A stretch of DNA of 64,000 nt from an uncultured Candidatus Saccharibacteria bacterium. Lineage in GTDB: Bacteria > Patescibacteriota > Minisyncoccia > Phycocordibacterales > GWA1-40-21. A model generated the notes under the pieces. It had not been told where the DNA came from. It searched no databases and worked only from the letters and a program-made list of their open reading frames with translations. The position numbers and the translations under genes were made by a program. Position 1 is the stretch's first letter, and each line of letters starts with the position of its first letter. The DNA lies in the NCBI GenBank assembly GCA_964513515.1, contig CAZEMP010000002.1, positions 82,232 to 146,231 on the forward strand, given 5' to 3'. This document shows positions 11,321 to 21,162 of this stretch, piece by piece.

Positions 11321-12406
11321 TTACTGTGTAATAACTCTAGCTCTGGTTATTCTGTTTACTATTTCGTTTAGAGTCCCGGTGCTTGTTGTTATCACAATTG
11401 TATTTGGATTTATTATTGAATATAAGAAAATTATTTTTCCTGAAGAATCTTTAACAACTCTAGAGTCTTTATTGTTGAATGTAGCATCCTGAAATTTTTT
11501 AATCTCTAATCCGAAAGAGCTAGTCGAAATTTGCCCATCGCTTTTTAGATTGAACATTTCTTTAAAATCTCTCCACATATTTGTTTCCCACTGAAGCATT
11601 CCCGCAAAAGCAGCATCATACGAGCCGATTTTTAATACAAGAAATGTTTGATTGCCATTATAATTGTGCAATCCAAACATGTATTGATCTTTTAGTGTTC
11701 TTTGTATCTCTGGTGGCATGTTCAATCTTGCAAGTTGTAGAAACTTACTTGCAGTTACTAATTTTTCTTCTGTTTTTTCACCTTCAGTAAGATAAATATT
11801 TTTTATTTGTCCAAGTCTTGTTGCGGACTGTTCCACTCTTTCTTTTAGGGTTGTGCTGACTCTATTTAAGTTTATATCTTTAATATTGAGTTTTTCCTCA
11901 AGATCGACAGTCATTAATGGCTGTGATGAGAAGGTTTCTTCTATGACGACTGGTTCGGCGTACTGTTTTTGTATCAATAATTGAGGTATGAAAAATGTTA
12001 AAGCCCCACCCAAGATCAATAGCACACTTACGATGAGGACATTTCTGTTCATCCAAGCTTTCTTTTCTTCGGTATCAGGCTGTCTTACTCTGTTTAGCAT
12101 CCTCTTGTTTTCAGCAAGAGCGATATTTACTGAAGATATATGGCCTGCTTGAACAGTTTCCTCCACATCGCTTTTATATGTTCTTATAATAGGTCTATTT
12201 TGCTTTTGTTCATCTGCAGTTGGCTTATCGGAGATTTTTATTAAAGGTTCTGTTTTTATTTCTGATCCAGAATAATACGAAACAACATTTGGACCATTTT
12301 TTGGTTTCTCAGTAGGATTGATAAAAGAATCCAATTGATTTGCAATGGTCTCTTTTGTTTTTAAATCAACATTGGCTTGTGCCACTTTTTTCTCCTCCTC
12401 ATTCAT
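11321..12406 (-). CDS. Hypothetical membrane protein
   Basis: 361-aa ORF with a single central transmembrane segment. No recognised motifs. Confidence 0.45.
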   Translation of the reverse strand: MNEEEKKVAQANVDLKTKETIANQLDSFINPTEKPKNGPNVVSYYSGSEIKTEPLIKISDKPTADEQKQNRPIIRTYKSDVEETVQAGHISSVNIALAENKRMLNRVRQPDTEEKKAWMNRNVLIVSVLLILGGALTFFIPQLLIQKQYAEPVVIEETFSSQPLMTVDLEEKLNIKDINLNRVSTTLKERVEQSATRLGQIKNIYLTEGEKTEEKLVTASKFLQLARLNMPPEIQRTLKDQYMFGLHNYNGNQTFLVLKIGSYDAAFAGMLQWETNMWRDFKEMFNLKSDGQISTSSFGLEIKKFQDATFNNKDSRVVKDSSGKIIFLYSIINPNTIVITTSTGTLNEIVNRITRARVITQ

Positions 12407-12489
12407 AGTATTTCTTATTCAAATAATATCACAAATATTGATTTTTATTTAGCGATTTAAAAACACCGATTTTATCGGTGTTTTTAAGG

Positions 12490-14634
12490 TTAGATCTTTG
12501 CTGGTCCCGCCGGTGGAGCTGGCGGAGTCTTCTTTTTTATAAAGCTTGGATTTGTTGCTTTTATAGACAAGGCTATTCTTCCTCTTTCATCTACTTCTTT
12601 TACCACAACAGGTACCTTGTCCCCGATTTTTAAATATTCTCCAACATTATCTACTCTAAATGGAGCGATTTCTGAAACATGTACAAGTCCATCCGTTTCA
12701 TATCCAATATTTACAAATGCTCCGAAGGCCTCCACTCTCACAACCTGTCCGAGGAAGGTTTCTCCAGCTTTATATTCATGAGTCATACTCTCCACTATCA
12801 TTTTTGCCTTTTCTGCAGAACCATTTTTACCAGTCAGATACACTGTTCCATCATCATCTATATCCACTTCTGCCCCAGTTTTTTCTTTTATGCTTTTTAT
12901 TGTTTTTCCTCCAGATCCTATCACTCCACCAATTTGATCTTGTCGGATTTTTAACATTAATATTTTTGGAGCGTGTGCAGATATATCAGCTCTTGGTTCT
13001 GGTATAGCTTTTGTTATTACATCTAGTATTTGTAGTCTAGCAGCTTTTGCCTTTTGGAAAGCAATCTCTAATACTGATATCGGAATACCGCTTACTTTTA
13101 CATCCATTTGTATTGCCGTTACTCCGTTTGTTGTTCCAGCAACTTTGAAGTCCATATCTCCGAAGTGATCTTCTGGTCCTTGAATATCAGTAAGAACTTT
13201 ATAAGATCCTTTTCCGTCTGACATAAGTCCTGAAGCGATTCCAGCTACAGGTCTTTTTATCGGCACTCCTCCATCCATAAGGGCGATAGTTGATCCACAA
13301 ACAGATCCCATAGAAGTAGAACCATTTGAAGAAAGTGCTTCAGAAACAAGTCTTATTGTGTAAGGAAAAACTTCATTTTTGGGAATGACAGGAAGAAGTG
13401 CTTTTTCAGCAAGATTTCCATGACCAATCATTCTTCTGTTTGTTCCTCCCATTCTGCCAGTCTCTCCTACAGAGAAAGGCGGAAAGTTGTAATGGTGCAT
13501 GAACTTTTTGGCTTCTTGAGTGTCTTCCATTCCCTCTATTACTTGTGCATCTTTTGGTCCGCCAAGCGTGAGTACAGAAAGGACATGTGTTCCTCCTCTG
13601 TAAAATATTCCGGAACCGTGAAGTATTGGAGAAACTTTTCCAGCCTGTGCATAAAGAGGTCTAAGCTCATCGAGTCCTCTACCATCTGCTCTTTTGTCGT
13701 GTTTTAAAACTTGTACATGTATAAGTTCATCAAGTTTTTCTTCCATGTATTTGTCTGCAAATTCAAAATCATCTTCTGAAAGAGATTCTTTTGCGACTTT
13801 CATCCATTCTTCTGTGATTTCATCTATTTTTGCATGACCAGGAATTCCGCTCATGACAGTATTTGCAAATTTATCTTCGATTTTCTCTGCAAAGAGTTTC
13901 TTAACAGTCTCTGGCATAACTGGAGCCACAAGAACTTTCTTTTCTACTCCGATTTTTGAAAAAATATGGCTTTGCCACTTATTTATTTTTTCTATTTCTT
14001 CCGATGCGAGTTTTAATCCTTCCACCACAACCGATTCTTGTGCTTCATCTCCACCAAGCTCGATCATATTTATATTTCCATCTTTTCCACAAGCAAGAAG
14101 ATCTATCTCATATGTTTCATTTTCTCTTTCTACATAAGTTGGATTTACTTGGAAGCCATTAGCTTTGTGTTTCGCTATTCTCACTGCACTCACAGGTCCC
14201 TTAAAAGGAATATTTGATACTCCAAGAGCAAGTGATGCTGCAATAACTCCCAAAACATCTGGATCATCTTGGTCTAGAGAAAGCACTGTAATAACAATCT
14301 GTATGTCATTTCTTATCCATTGATCAAAAAGCGGACGTATTGTTCTATCCGTGATTCTTCCTGAAAGTATTGCTTCATCAGATGGCTTCCCCTCTCTTCT
14401 TGTATATCTTGAACCTAATATTTTTCCTGTAGCATAAAACTTTTCCTCATAATCTACAGTCAGAGGAAAAAATCCTGCCCCCTCCTTTGCTTTGTCTGAC
14501 ATAACAGCGGTCGCAAGGACAGCAGTTGCTCCATATCTTAATATTACCGAACCATTTGCATTCTCTACCAAATCATTAAACTCGGCACTTAGTCTCTTGC
14601 CGCCAAGCTCCATTGAAAATTCTTGAGTTTTCAT
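12490..14634 (-). CDS. pnp: Polyribonucleotide nucleotidyltransferase (PNPase)
   Basis: Two RNase PH domains plus C-terminal KH (GKTIKSIKE) and S1 domains. 714 aa. Confidence 0.95.
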   Translation of the reverse strand: MKTQEFSMELGGKRLSAEFNDLVENANGSVILRYGATAVLATAVMSDKAKEGAGFFPLTVDYEEKFYATGKILGSRYTRREGKPSDEAILSGRITDRTIRPLFDQWIRNDIQIVITVLSLDQDDPDVLGVIAASLALGVSNIPFKGPVSAVRIAKHKANGFQVNPTYVERENETYEIDLLACGKDGNINMIELGGDEAQESVVVEGLKLASEEIEKINKWQSHIFSKIGVEKKVLVAPVMPETVKKLFAEKIEDKFANTVMSGIPGHAKIDEITEEWMKVAKESLSEDDFEFADKYMEEKLDELIHVQVLKHDKRADGRGLDELRPLYAQAGKVSPILHGSGIFYRGGTHVLSVLTLGGPKDAQVIEGMEDTQEAKKFMHHYNFPPFSVGETGRMGGTNRRMIGHGNLAEKALLPVIPKNEVFPYTIRLVSEALSSNGSTSMGSVCGSTIALMDGGVPIKRPVAGIASGLMSDGKGSYKVLTDIQGPEDHFGDMDFKVAGTTNGVTAIQMDVKVSGIPISVLEIAFQKAKAARLQILDVITKAIPEPRADISAHAPKILMLKIRQDQIGGVIGSGGKTIKSIKEKTGAEVDIDDDGTVYLTGKNGSAEKAKMIVESMTHEYKAGETFLGQVVRVEAFGAFVNIGYETDGLVHVSEIAPFRVDNVGEYLKIGDKVPVVVKEVDERGRIALSIKATNPSFIKKKTPPAPPAGPAKI

Positions 14635-14766
14635 TATACTTTTTGATCTTTAGATTTCAGATCAGAACAAAATGTTCCAAACTGCTTATCTAAAGACCAC
14701 ATTAAACTAATAAAGGCGAAAATTCATATGTGAATTTTCGCCTTTATACTAGCACAAAAGTTATTT

Positions 14767-15468
14767 TTAAATAAGCAGGGCTAAAGCACTTAGAGCTACA
14801 GCTGCAGTTTCGGCACGAAGCGTTTGTGTACCTAAGGAAACACTTTTTATATTTTTATGCTCGAAAAAATCGCGCTCATTTTCAGACCAACCCCCTTCGG
14901 GTCCGATGAGTATGCCGACTTTGCCTGGATTGCCACGCTTCGCTCGCAAAGACGAATCTAGCGACTCCCCATTAAAATCTAAGACGAATAGTTCACCTTG
15001 AAATTCTGAAATAGCCGTTTCTAATGATTCCGGACTAAATATTTCTGGTAATTTAGTTTTTCCAGACTGTTCAGCAGCTTCTTTTGCTATTTTGTGCAGT
15101 CTTTCCAAATTAAGATCCTTTTTTTCACTTCGCTCTGATATTATCGGGTGAAATGCAGACGCACCTATTTCTGTACACTTTTCCACTACTAATTCAAAAT
15201 TATCTTTTTTAATTATTGATTGAAAAAGATGTAACTCGATTTTTGTTTGATTTTCTACTTCTCTTTTCTTGTCTATTGTGATTAGCGCCTCATTTTTTGA
15301 AAGCATTTTAAAATATCCTTCATATTCAAAATTTTCTCCATTAAAAAGGATGACTCTATCACTAGCTTTCAATCTGAATACTTTGAGCCATTGATGTAGT
15401 AACTCTTTGTCCTCTACACGAACCTCTTTTCCCACTTGCCCATCTATGTAAAATCTGTGAAGTCTCAT
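14767..15468 (-). CDS. rsmE: 16S rRNA (uracil1498-N3)-methyltransferase RsmE family
   Basis: PUA-like N-terminus and C-terminal SPOUT motif GILIGPEGGWSENE. Confidence 0.75.
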   Translation of the reverse strand: MRLHRFYIDGQVGKEVRVEDKELLHQWLKVFRLKASDRVILFNGENFEYEGYFKMLSKNEALITIDKKREVENQTKIELHLFQSIIKKDNFELVVEKCTEIGASAFHPIISERSEKKDLNLERLHKIAKEAAEQSGKTKLPEIFSPESLETAISEFQGELFVLDFNGESLDSSLRAKRGNPGKVGILIGPEGGWSENERDFFEHKNIKSVSLGTQTLRAETAAVALSALALLI

Positions 15469-15515
15469 AATTTAGTATAAGGTTATAGTATAAGTATAAG
15501 GAAATCAAATCTAGA

Positions 15516-15548
15516 TTCCCGTCTGCACGGGAATGACACAAGTCGTTT
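15516..15548. repeat. Half-copy of the MITE-like repeat (TAGATTCCCG-n-CGGGAATGACA)
   Basis: Matches the right arm of the repeat found at 3-78, 42076-42148 and 48811-48892. Confidence 0.5.
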
Positions 15549-15611
15549 GCTTTAGATTCTTTTTTAATATATCTTTATATTGTTTAGTAATTTACATTAA
15601 TCAATAAAAAT

Positions 15612-16187
15612 ATGAATTTAATACCAACCGTTATAGAAAAATCTCAATTTGGTGAAAGAGCATATGACATCTATTCAAGACTTTTAAGAGAAGGAATAAT
15701 ATTTATGGGTGGACCAATAGACGACGATACAGCAAATATCGTTATTGCTCAGCTTCTTTTTCTACAATCAGAAGATCCTAAGAAAGATATAAAACTTTAT
15801 GTAAATTCTCCTGGAGGATCTGTCACTTCTTCTCTTGCTATCATAGACACAATGAATCATATAAAGAACGATGTTTCTACTGTTTGTGTTGGTCTTGCCG
15901 CATCTGGAGGAGCAATGATTTTGTCAGCAGGAAAAAAAGGAAAAAGATTTGCTTTAAAAAACGCAGAGATAATGATTCATCAGCCACATATTAGCGGAGT
16001 TGGTGGACAGGCATCAGATATTGAGATAACAGCAAAGAATATATTAAAATCTCGTGAGAAATTAAACAAAATGCTTGCTGAAAATACTGGCCAGCCACTA
16101 GCAAAGATAGAAAAGGACGTAGACCGTGACTATTTTATGTCAGCAGATGAAGCAAAGAAATACGGATTGATAGACAAAATTATATAA
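15612..16187 (+). CDS. clpP: ATP-dependent Clp protease proteolytic subunit
   Basis: Catalytic Ser context GLAASGGA, plus the conserved His and Asp of the triad. 191 aa. Confidence 0.95.
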   Translation: MNLIPTVIEKSQFGERAYDIYSRLLREGIIFMGGPIDDDTANIVIAQLLFLQSEDPKKDIKLYVNSPGGSVTSSLAIIDTMNHIKNDVSTVCVGLAASGGAMILSAGKKGKRFALKNAEIMIHQPHISGVGGQASDIEITAKNILKSREKLNKMLAENTGQPLAKIEKDVDRDYFMSADEAKKYGLIDKII

Positions 16188-16243
16188 AACAAAAAATCTG
16201 CGAGAGCAGATTTTTTGTTTGTTAGAATTTGTTGAGAGTAAGT

Positions 16244-16537
16244 TTATGAATTCTCTGACATTAACAATTCATTCAATTCTTTTTTAATGTCACCAACTCT
16301 TAGTACATCTGGTCCATCCAGTAAATCTATTAATGCACGATACCTATCCTGATTTTTTGGTTTACATAAAGACATTATTTTTTTCAAATAAAACTTAATA
16401 TCAGCAGCCTCTCTTCGGTCTGGTATTTTATTATCTGGCAGTTTTAGGTAACCCATTAGTTGGGTAAAATTTTGGTTTAATTCTCTAATAATTTCCTCCG
16501 GGTTTATTATAGTTGGCATTCCCTCGTTCACATTCAT
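16244..16537 (-). CDS. Hypothetical protein
   Basis: 97-aa ORF with native AT-rich codon usage. No recognisable motif. Confidence 0.35.
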   Translation of the reverse strand: MNVNEGMPTIINPEEIIRELNQNFTQLMGYLKLPDNKIPDRREAADIKFYLKKIMSLCKPKNQDRYRALIDLLDGPDVLRVGDIKKELNELLMSENS

Positions 16538-16856
16538 ATATTTGTTTATGTTAGTTTATCTAGTAATTATACTATACATTTTGTTCTTTTAAGGGTTGTA
16601 TGTCAAATGTATGTTTAGACCCATAAAATAGGCTTATTTTGAAGATAAAATATAAGATAGACAATATTGCAAAATTACTATATTATGGGGGTGTTAGCAA
16701 TTTAATTTTAAAAAAGGATTCCGTTTTGAATAGATTACCAAATAGCAATATGTTTTTATTACGATCTTTAGAAAAGCTAAGTAAAATAAGGGTTAGGCAA
16801 CAAACTACATAGGGCTGAAGAAAGTCTAGAAAAGACGAGGTCTTTTCCATAATAAT

Positions 16857-18386
16857 ATGTCATTACAAACAGTCGTGCTCATTGCAAGTCTTGTCGGACT
16901 TGTGGGCATCGCGATAGGATATTTCTTGAGACTCATCATATCTTTAGGACAAAAAGGTTCTGTCGAACTTGAGGTTAGACAGATGATGTTGAGTGCTGAA
17001 GAAAAAGCAAAGAAAATAGTTATTGAAGCAGAGACCAAATCTGTTGAAATATTGAAAGAATCAAAGAGAGATGCCAAGGAAAAAGAGGATAAGTTTAAGG
17101 CCACAGAAGAGCGTTTGATCAAAAAAGATAGCCTTCTTGACCAAAGACAGCTAGATCTTGATAAGGAAGGAGAAAATCTCAAATCAAAACTTGTTGAGAT
17201 TAAGGAAGCAAAAGAGAAAATAGAAAAAATAGAGGCTCAGAAAAATGAGGAACTTTTAACTATAGCAAAAATGTCGGAAGAAGACGCAAAGAACAGTCTT
17301 CTTTTGGCAATGGAGAAAAAATATGAATCAGATATTTTAGGAAGAATGAAAAAGTTGGAGGAGTTTGGAGAGAAAAATATCGAACATAGAGCAAGAGAAA
17401 TACTTGTTACATCAATACAAAGACTTTCAACATCTGTAGCACCAGATGTTATGACCACAATTCTTAGTATCCCTTCAGATGAAATGAAAGGTAAAATAAT
17501 CGGAAAAGAGGGTAAAAATATTAAGGCATTTGAAAGAGTTACTGGTGTGGAGGTTATCGTAGATGATACTCCGGGTATCATTACAATATCTTCATTTGAT
17601 CCAATAAGAAGACAAATTGCAAGAATTGCTCTTGAAAATTTACTTTTGGATGGAAGAATACAGCCAGCAAAGATTGAAAAGATTGTTGAAAAAGCCCAAG
17701 CGGATATAAATAAAATTATAAAAGATAAAGGAGAACAAGCTGCATATGAATGTGGTGTTGTAAATCTAGATCCAAGAGTTATAGCTATTTTGGGAAGATT
17801 ACACTTTAGAACAAGTTATGGACAAAATGTTCTTCAGCACTCAGTAGAAATGGCCTACATTGCTCGCATGATAGCAGAAGAAGTGGGTGCAAATGTTCCC
17901 GTCGCAGTGGCCGGTGCTTTAGTTCACGACATTGGAAAGGCCCTTACCCATGAGGTGGCTGGTACACACGTAGAAATAGGTAGAAGAATACTTCATAAGT
18001 TTGGTGTTAGCGAAGAGGTTATTAAGGCTATGCAGTCACACCACGAAGAATATCCTTACGAAACACTTGAATCTATCATTGTAAAAATTGCAGATAATAT
18101 TTCTGGAGGAAGACCTGGGGCTAGAAGCGACAGCGTTGAGAATTATATTAAGAGACTTGCAGATCTTGAAGCTATTACAAATTCGTTTGCTGGTGTAGAG
18201 AAATCTTATGCTATACAAGCGGGCCGTGAAATAAGAGTGTTTGTTACCCCAGATAAGATTTCTGACCTTGAAGCACATAAAATGGCTAGAGATATTGCAG
18301 ACAGAGTGGAGGCAGAACTAAAATATCCAGGAGAAGTAAAAATCATGGTTATTCGTGAGACAAGAGTTATAGAGTATGCGAGATAA
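16857..18386 (+). CDS. rny: Ribonuclease Y
   Basis: N-terminal transmembrane helix, coiled-coil, KH domain (GKIIGKEGKNIK) and HD domain (HSVEMA...HDIGK). Confidence 0.95.
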   Translation: MSLQTVVLIASLVGLVGIAIGYFLRLIISLGQKGSVELEVRQMMLSAEEKAKKIVIEAETKSVEILKESKRDAKEKEDKFKATEERLIKKDSLLDQRQLDLDKEGENLKSKLVEIKEAKEKIEKIEAQKNEELLTIAKMSEEDAKNSLLLAMEKKYESDILGRMKKLEEFGEKNIEHRAREILVTSIQRLSTSVAPDVMTTILSIPSDEMKGKIIGKEGKNIKAFERVTGVEVIVDDTPGIITISSFDPIRRQIARIALENLLLDGRIQPAKIEKIVEKAQADINKIIKDKGEQAAYECGVVNLDPRVIAILGRLHFRTSYGQNVLQHSVEMAYIARMIAEEVGANVPVAVAGALVHDIGKALTHEVAGTHVEIGRRILHKFGVSEEVIKAMQSHHEEYPYETLESIIVKIADNISGGRPGARSDSVENYIKRLADLEAITNSFAGVEKSYAIQAGREIRVFVTPDKISDLEAHKMARDIADRVEAELKYPGEVKIMVIRETRVIEYAR

Positions 18387-18633
18387 TATGATGAAAAAGT
18401 ATTAGTATAAGAAAATTTCATCAAAGAAAGCCGAGTTTTGCGAAGCAAAACTCGGCTTTCCCTTTATACTTATACTTCACTCTTATACTAATTTCCCCTA
18501 TTGCGCTTTAAAAACAAGGTATTATAATACTAGGCAGGTCATCAAATCTTGTGTTTGTAAGGAAAGCACGCACAAGTTTTAAAAGCTTCGCGCATTCGGA
18601 CCTGATACGCGAAATAATTTTCAAATCATAATT

Positions 18634-18906
18634 ATGAATAAAGCAGGTATCGTAGAGGTTGTACAAGGTGTTCTTGGAGGAACAAAAGTACAAGCAGAAC
18701 AAGTGGTAGACACAGTTTTTGATACAATAGTAAAAAGCTTGAAGAAAGGAGAAGAAGTATCAGTCGCAGGAATTGGTATATTCTCAGTAAAGCAAAGAGC
18801 AGCAAGACAAGCTAGAAATCCTAGAACAGGAGAATCTATCTCAGTCGCAGCTATGAAGGTTCCAAAATTCAGAGCAGCTAAGGCTTTGAAAGAGGCAGTA
18901 AAATAA
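18634..18906 (+). CDS. hup: DNA-binding protein HU
   Basis: 90 aa with the HU/IHF signature ...RNPRTGESI...VPKFRAAKALKEAV. Confidence 0.95.
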   Translation: MNKAGIVEVVQGVLGGTKVQAEQVVDTVFDTIVKSLKKGEEVSVAGIGIFSVKQRAARQARNPRTGESISVAAMKVPKFRAAKALKEAVK

Positions 18907-19051
18907 ACATATAAAATTTTACGTAATCAAAAAATCACCGAGAGGTGATTTTTTGATTGTGAGATTTTTGTTTTGGATTCTAACCCAAACTAAAAAACAA
19001 AGGAATGAATATATTCTAAATTAAAACCTCGGGTCCCACCTCGAGGTTTTA

Positions 19052-19237
19052 GAGGGTGAATCTGTCACAACTTAAAATTTTGTCGTCACAAAATTTTAGT
19101 CGCGACCCCGACTTATAGTTTTTATTTGCTAATAAAAACATATTCCGTCTTTCGATTCACCACGCAAGCAAAGTAGTTTGCTTGCTCTCCCCGCACAAAA
19201 TGAAAAATCACCCAACTTTGGGTGATTTTTCATTTTG
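19052..19237 (-). repeat. tRNA-3-prime-end-mimicking structured element downstream of tRNA-Gly(TCC) (family copy C)
   Basis: Read on the minus strand. Inverted partial copy of the tRNA 3-prime end (TGTGCGGGGA). GAGCAAGCAAACTACTTTGCTTGC hairpin. GGTGAATCGAAAGACGG (T-arm stem with complemented loop). AGTCGGGGTCGCGACT. AAAATTTTGT-GACG-ACAAAATTTT hairpin. Direct copy of GATTCACCCT, then terminator. Confidence 0.6.
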
Positions 19238-19308
19238 TGCGGGCAGGGTGAATCGAACACCCAACCACAGTTTGGAAAACTGTTGTTTTACCACTAAACT
19301 ATGCCCGC
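19238..19308 (-). tRNA. tRNA-Gly (anticodon TCC)
   Basis: Cloverleaf: acceptor GCGGGCA/TGCCCGC, anticodon loop TTTCCAA, T-loop TTCGATT. Confidence 0.85.
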
Positions 19309-19355
19309 ATATAAAAGAACGCTGTAATATTAGCAGAAATATTAAATTGGAGCAA

Positions 19356-19670
19356 TTATTTAATAGCTTTTTTAACTATAGCAATTACCGTATCAAAATC
19401 ATCATTTTTTTCTACAACCTTCCTTCTTCGATAACCGCATTTTATACATTTATGATTTATAAAATATTCTCTTTTTTCAAAATCGATTTTTATAGGATCC
19501 ATCATTCCGCAACACTTCTCTGCCCTATCTCCAGGATTTATATCTACATGTTTACTCCAAAGGCACTTAGAACAATGATTTGTAAATCCATTCCCTATAT
19601 TTATTACTCCACACTTATCACAAATAAAATCTTCCACCCTTTTTTGAAATTTTTTTGGTTGATTTACCAT
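19356..19670 (-). CDS. RNHCP-domain zinc-ribbon protein
   Basis: Cys-rich 104-aa protein: CDKCG...NHCSKCLWSKH...CIKCG. Confidence 0.55.
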   Translation of the reverse strand: MVNQPKKFQKRVEDFICDKCGVINIGNGFTNHCSKCLWSKHVDINPGDRAEKCCGMMDPIKIDFEKREYFINHKCIKCGYRRRKVVEKNDDFDTVIAIVKKAIK

Positions 19671-19731
19671 TTTTTAATTTATATTATTTGTAGCCATTTG
19701 TATTATTAGTATAATTCGTTAATTCGTATAT

Positions 19732-20412
19732 TTATTTAACAAATTTAATTATCTTTGCGCCATTTATACACTTTCTCACTACAATTTCATGATCATCATC
19801 AAGAATTATTTCATCATCACTGTTGTCAGCATAAACGACAGCCTTACCTCTAGTTATTTTTATAACAATTTCAGAATCTTCCTTTATTACCATATGATCT
19901 GATTGCTCAATACTATTATTGAATGCTATCCCAAGTCCTACTTCAAAGAAACTGTGTGTAATAGATCTATAATATCCGGTTGCCCCATGTGGAGTAGAAA
20001 TGACCAAACCGTCCCCTATTATCTCATTTCCAGCCTTTTTGCCATTTATAAAGATCTGATAGCGTATAGCTCTTCTTGGATCAATATTATGTACGATTAT
20101 CTCATTTAGACCAATAATTTTCTTATTTTCAAAATTAGCTTCTATTTTTGTTTCCCCTCTCACGACATACTCTCCTGCTAGAACCTTTCTAAAAGTTTCT
20201 TCTGTAGGAATGTCTTGGCAGAGTTTACATATTTTGCTATTTTTTAAGGCAAATTTTGGAATACCTGGAAATTCATTTTCCGCTTTTACAAAAGTTCCAT
20301 CTCCTCCATAACTAGCTATTATGTCTGGGTCTCTTTCCACTACTTTCAGACCAGCTTTATTTGCTAGTTTATTTATTTCTTCAGAATTTGGACCATAGAT
20401 TAATAAATTCAT
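19732..20412 (-). CDS. nadK: NAD+ kinase
   Basis: GGDGT motif (IIASYGGDGTFV) and NAD-kinase C-terminal beta-sandwich. Confidence 0.8.
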   Translation of the reverse strand: MNLLIYGPNSEEINKLANKAGLKVVERDPDIIASYGGDGTFVKAENEFPGIPKFALKNSKICKLCQDIPTEETFRKVLAGEYVVRGETKIEANFENKKIIGLNEIIVHNIDPRRAIRYQIFINGKKAGNEIIGDGLVISTPHGATGYYRSITHSFFEVGLGIAFNNSIEQSDHMVIKEDSEIVIKITRGKAVVYADNSDDEIILDDDHEIVVRKCINGAKIIKFVK

Positions 20413-20825
20413 ATTTTGAATGGATCAAAAGTTGTGAGTTTTAAGTTTACAATTGGTGAAAACAAGTTATCTGGTAGATTATTCCAATCAAACCATTCCC
20501 AAGATTCACATCTGTCTGGTTCTAAATTTTTTACTTCCCCACTCTTATAATCTGAAATTACGAATATCGTAATATAATGTTTATCTTCTTTTCCGAAATA
20601 GTCCTCAGTGTATGGACCATGTTTTAAATTCTTTATTACAATTCCAACCTCTTCTGAGATTTCTCTATGCGCACAGTTAAAAATATCTTCTTTAAATTCT
20701 AAATGTCCGCCAGGCATTGCCCAAGTTCCATCGCCATGAGAACCCCTCCTTTTTCCTAAAAGGATTTTTCCCTCTTTTCTTATTATCACAGCCACGCCTA
20801 TTCTAGGTACTTTTTTATCTGACAT
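20409..20825 (-). CDS. NUDIX hydrolase
   Basis: Nudix box GGHLEFKEDIFNCAHREISEEVGI. Confidence 0.8.
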   Translation of the reverse strand: MSDKKVPRIGVAVIIRKEGKILLGKRRGSHGDGTWAMPGGHLEFKEDIFNCAHREISEEVGIVIKNLKHGPYTEDYFGKEDKHYITIFVISDYKSGEVKNLEPDRCESWEWFDWNNLPDNLFSPIVNLKLTTFDPFKI

Positions 20826-20857
20826 AGATTAAAATTATATCAAATTGTTTATATTTT

Positions 20858-21008
20858 GTCGGGGCGTGAGTTTGGCGACTACATCGCCAGGTGCTTTTCT
20901 ATCTCATTTCACTATGTTCATTCAATAAAGAAAAGCCTTTCAAATCTCGGACACAAGCAAAGCAATTTGCTTGCTCGCTCCACGAAAAATACCTACTTCG
21001 TATATATT
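20858..21008 (-). repeat. tRNA-3-prime-end-mimicking structured element downstream of tRNA-Pro (family copy G)
   Basis: Read on the minus strand. GAGCAAGCAAATTGCTTTGCTTG hairpin. TCCGAGATTTGAAAGG (tRNA-Pro T-arm stem with complemented loop). GGCGATGTAGTCGCC hairpin. Direct copy CTCACGCCCCGACAAAATAT of the tRNA-Pro 3-prime end plus flank. Confidence 0.55.
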
Positions 21009-21079
21009 TGTCGGGGCGCCGAGATTTGAACTCGGACTGCATGCTCCCAAAGCACGTATGCTACCGTTACACCACGCCC
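21009..21079 (-). tRNA. tRNA-Pro (anticodon TGG)
   Basis: Acceptor CGGGGCG/CGCCCCG, anticodon loop TTTGGGA, T-loop TTCAAAT. Confidence 0.8.
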
Positions 21080-21162
21080 CGATATCGAAAAATGTTAACA
21101 CAAAAATTAAAAATTAGCGAGAAAATAAAACATTAAATAATTTTATAAATAATATTTTATTT

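Noticed and set aside
437-18448. Numerous 60-130-aa ORFs overlapping larger genes on the opposite strand or in alternate frames (for example 437-676, 776-1165, 12660-13007, 17237-17581)
   Set aside because: They are fully embedded in well-supported genes, have no RBS and are low-complexity. They are typical antisense artefacts of AT-rich DNA.
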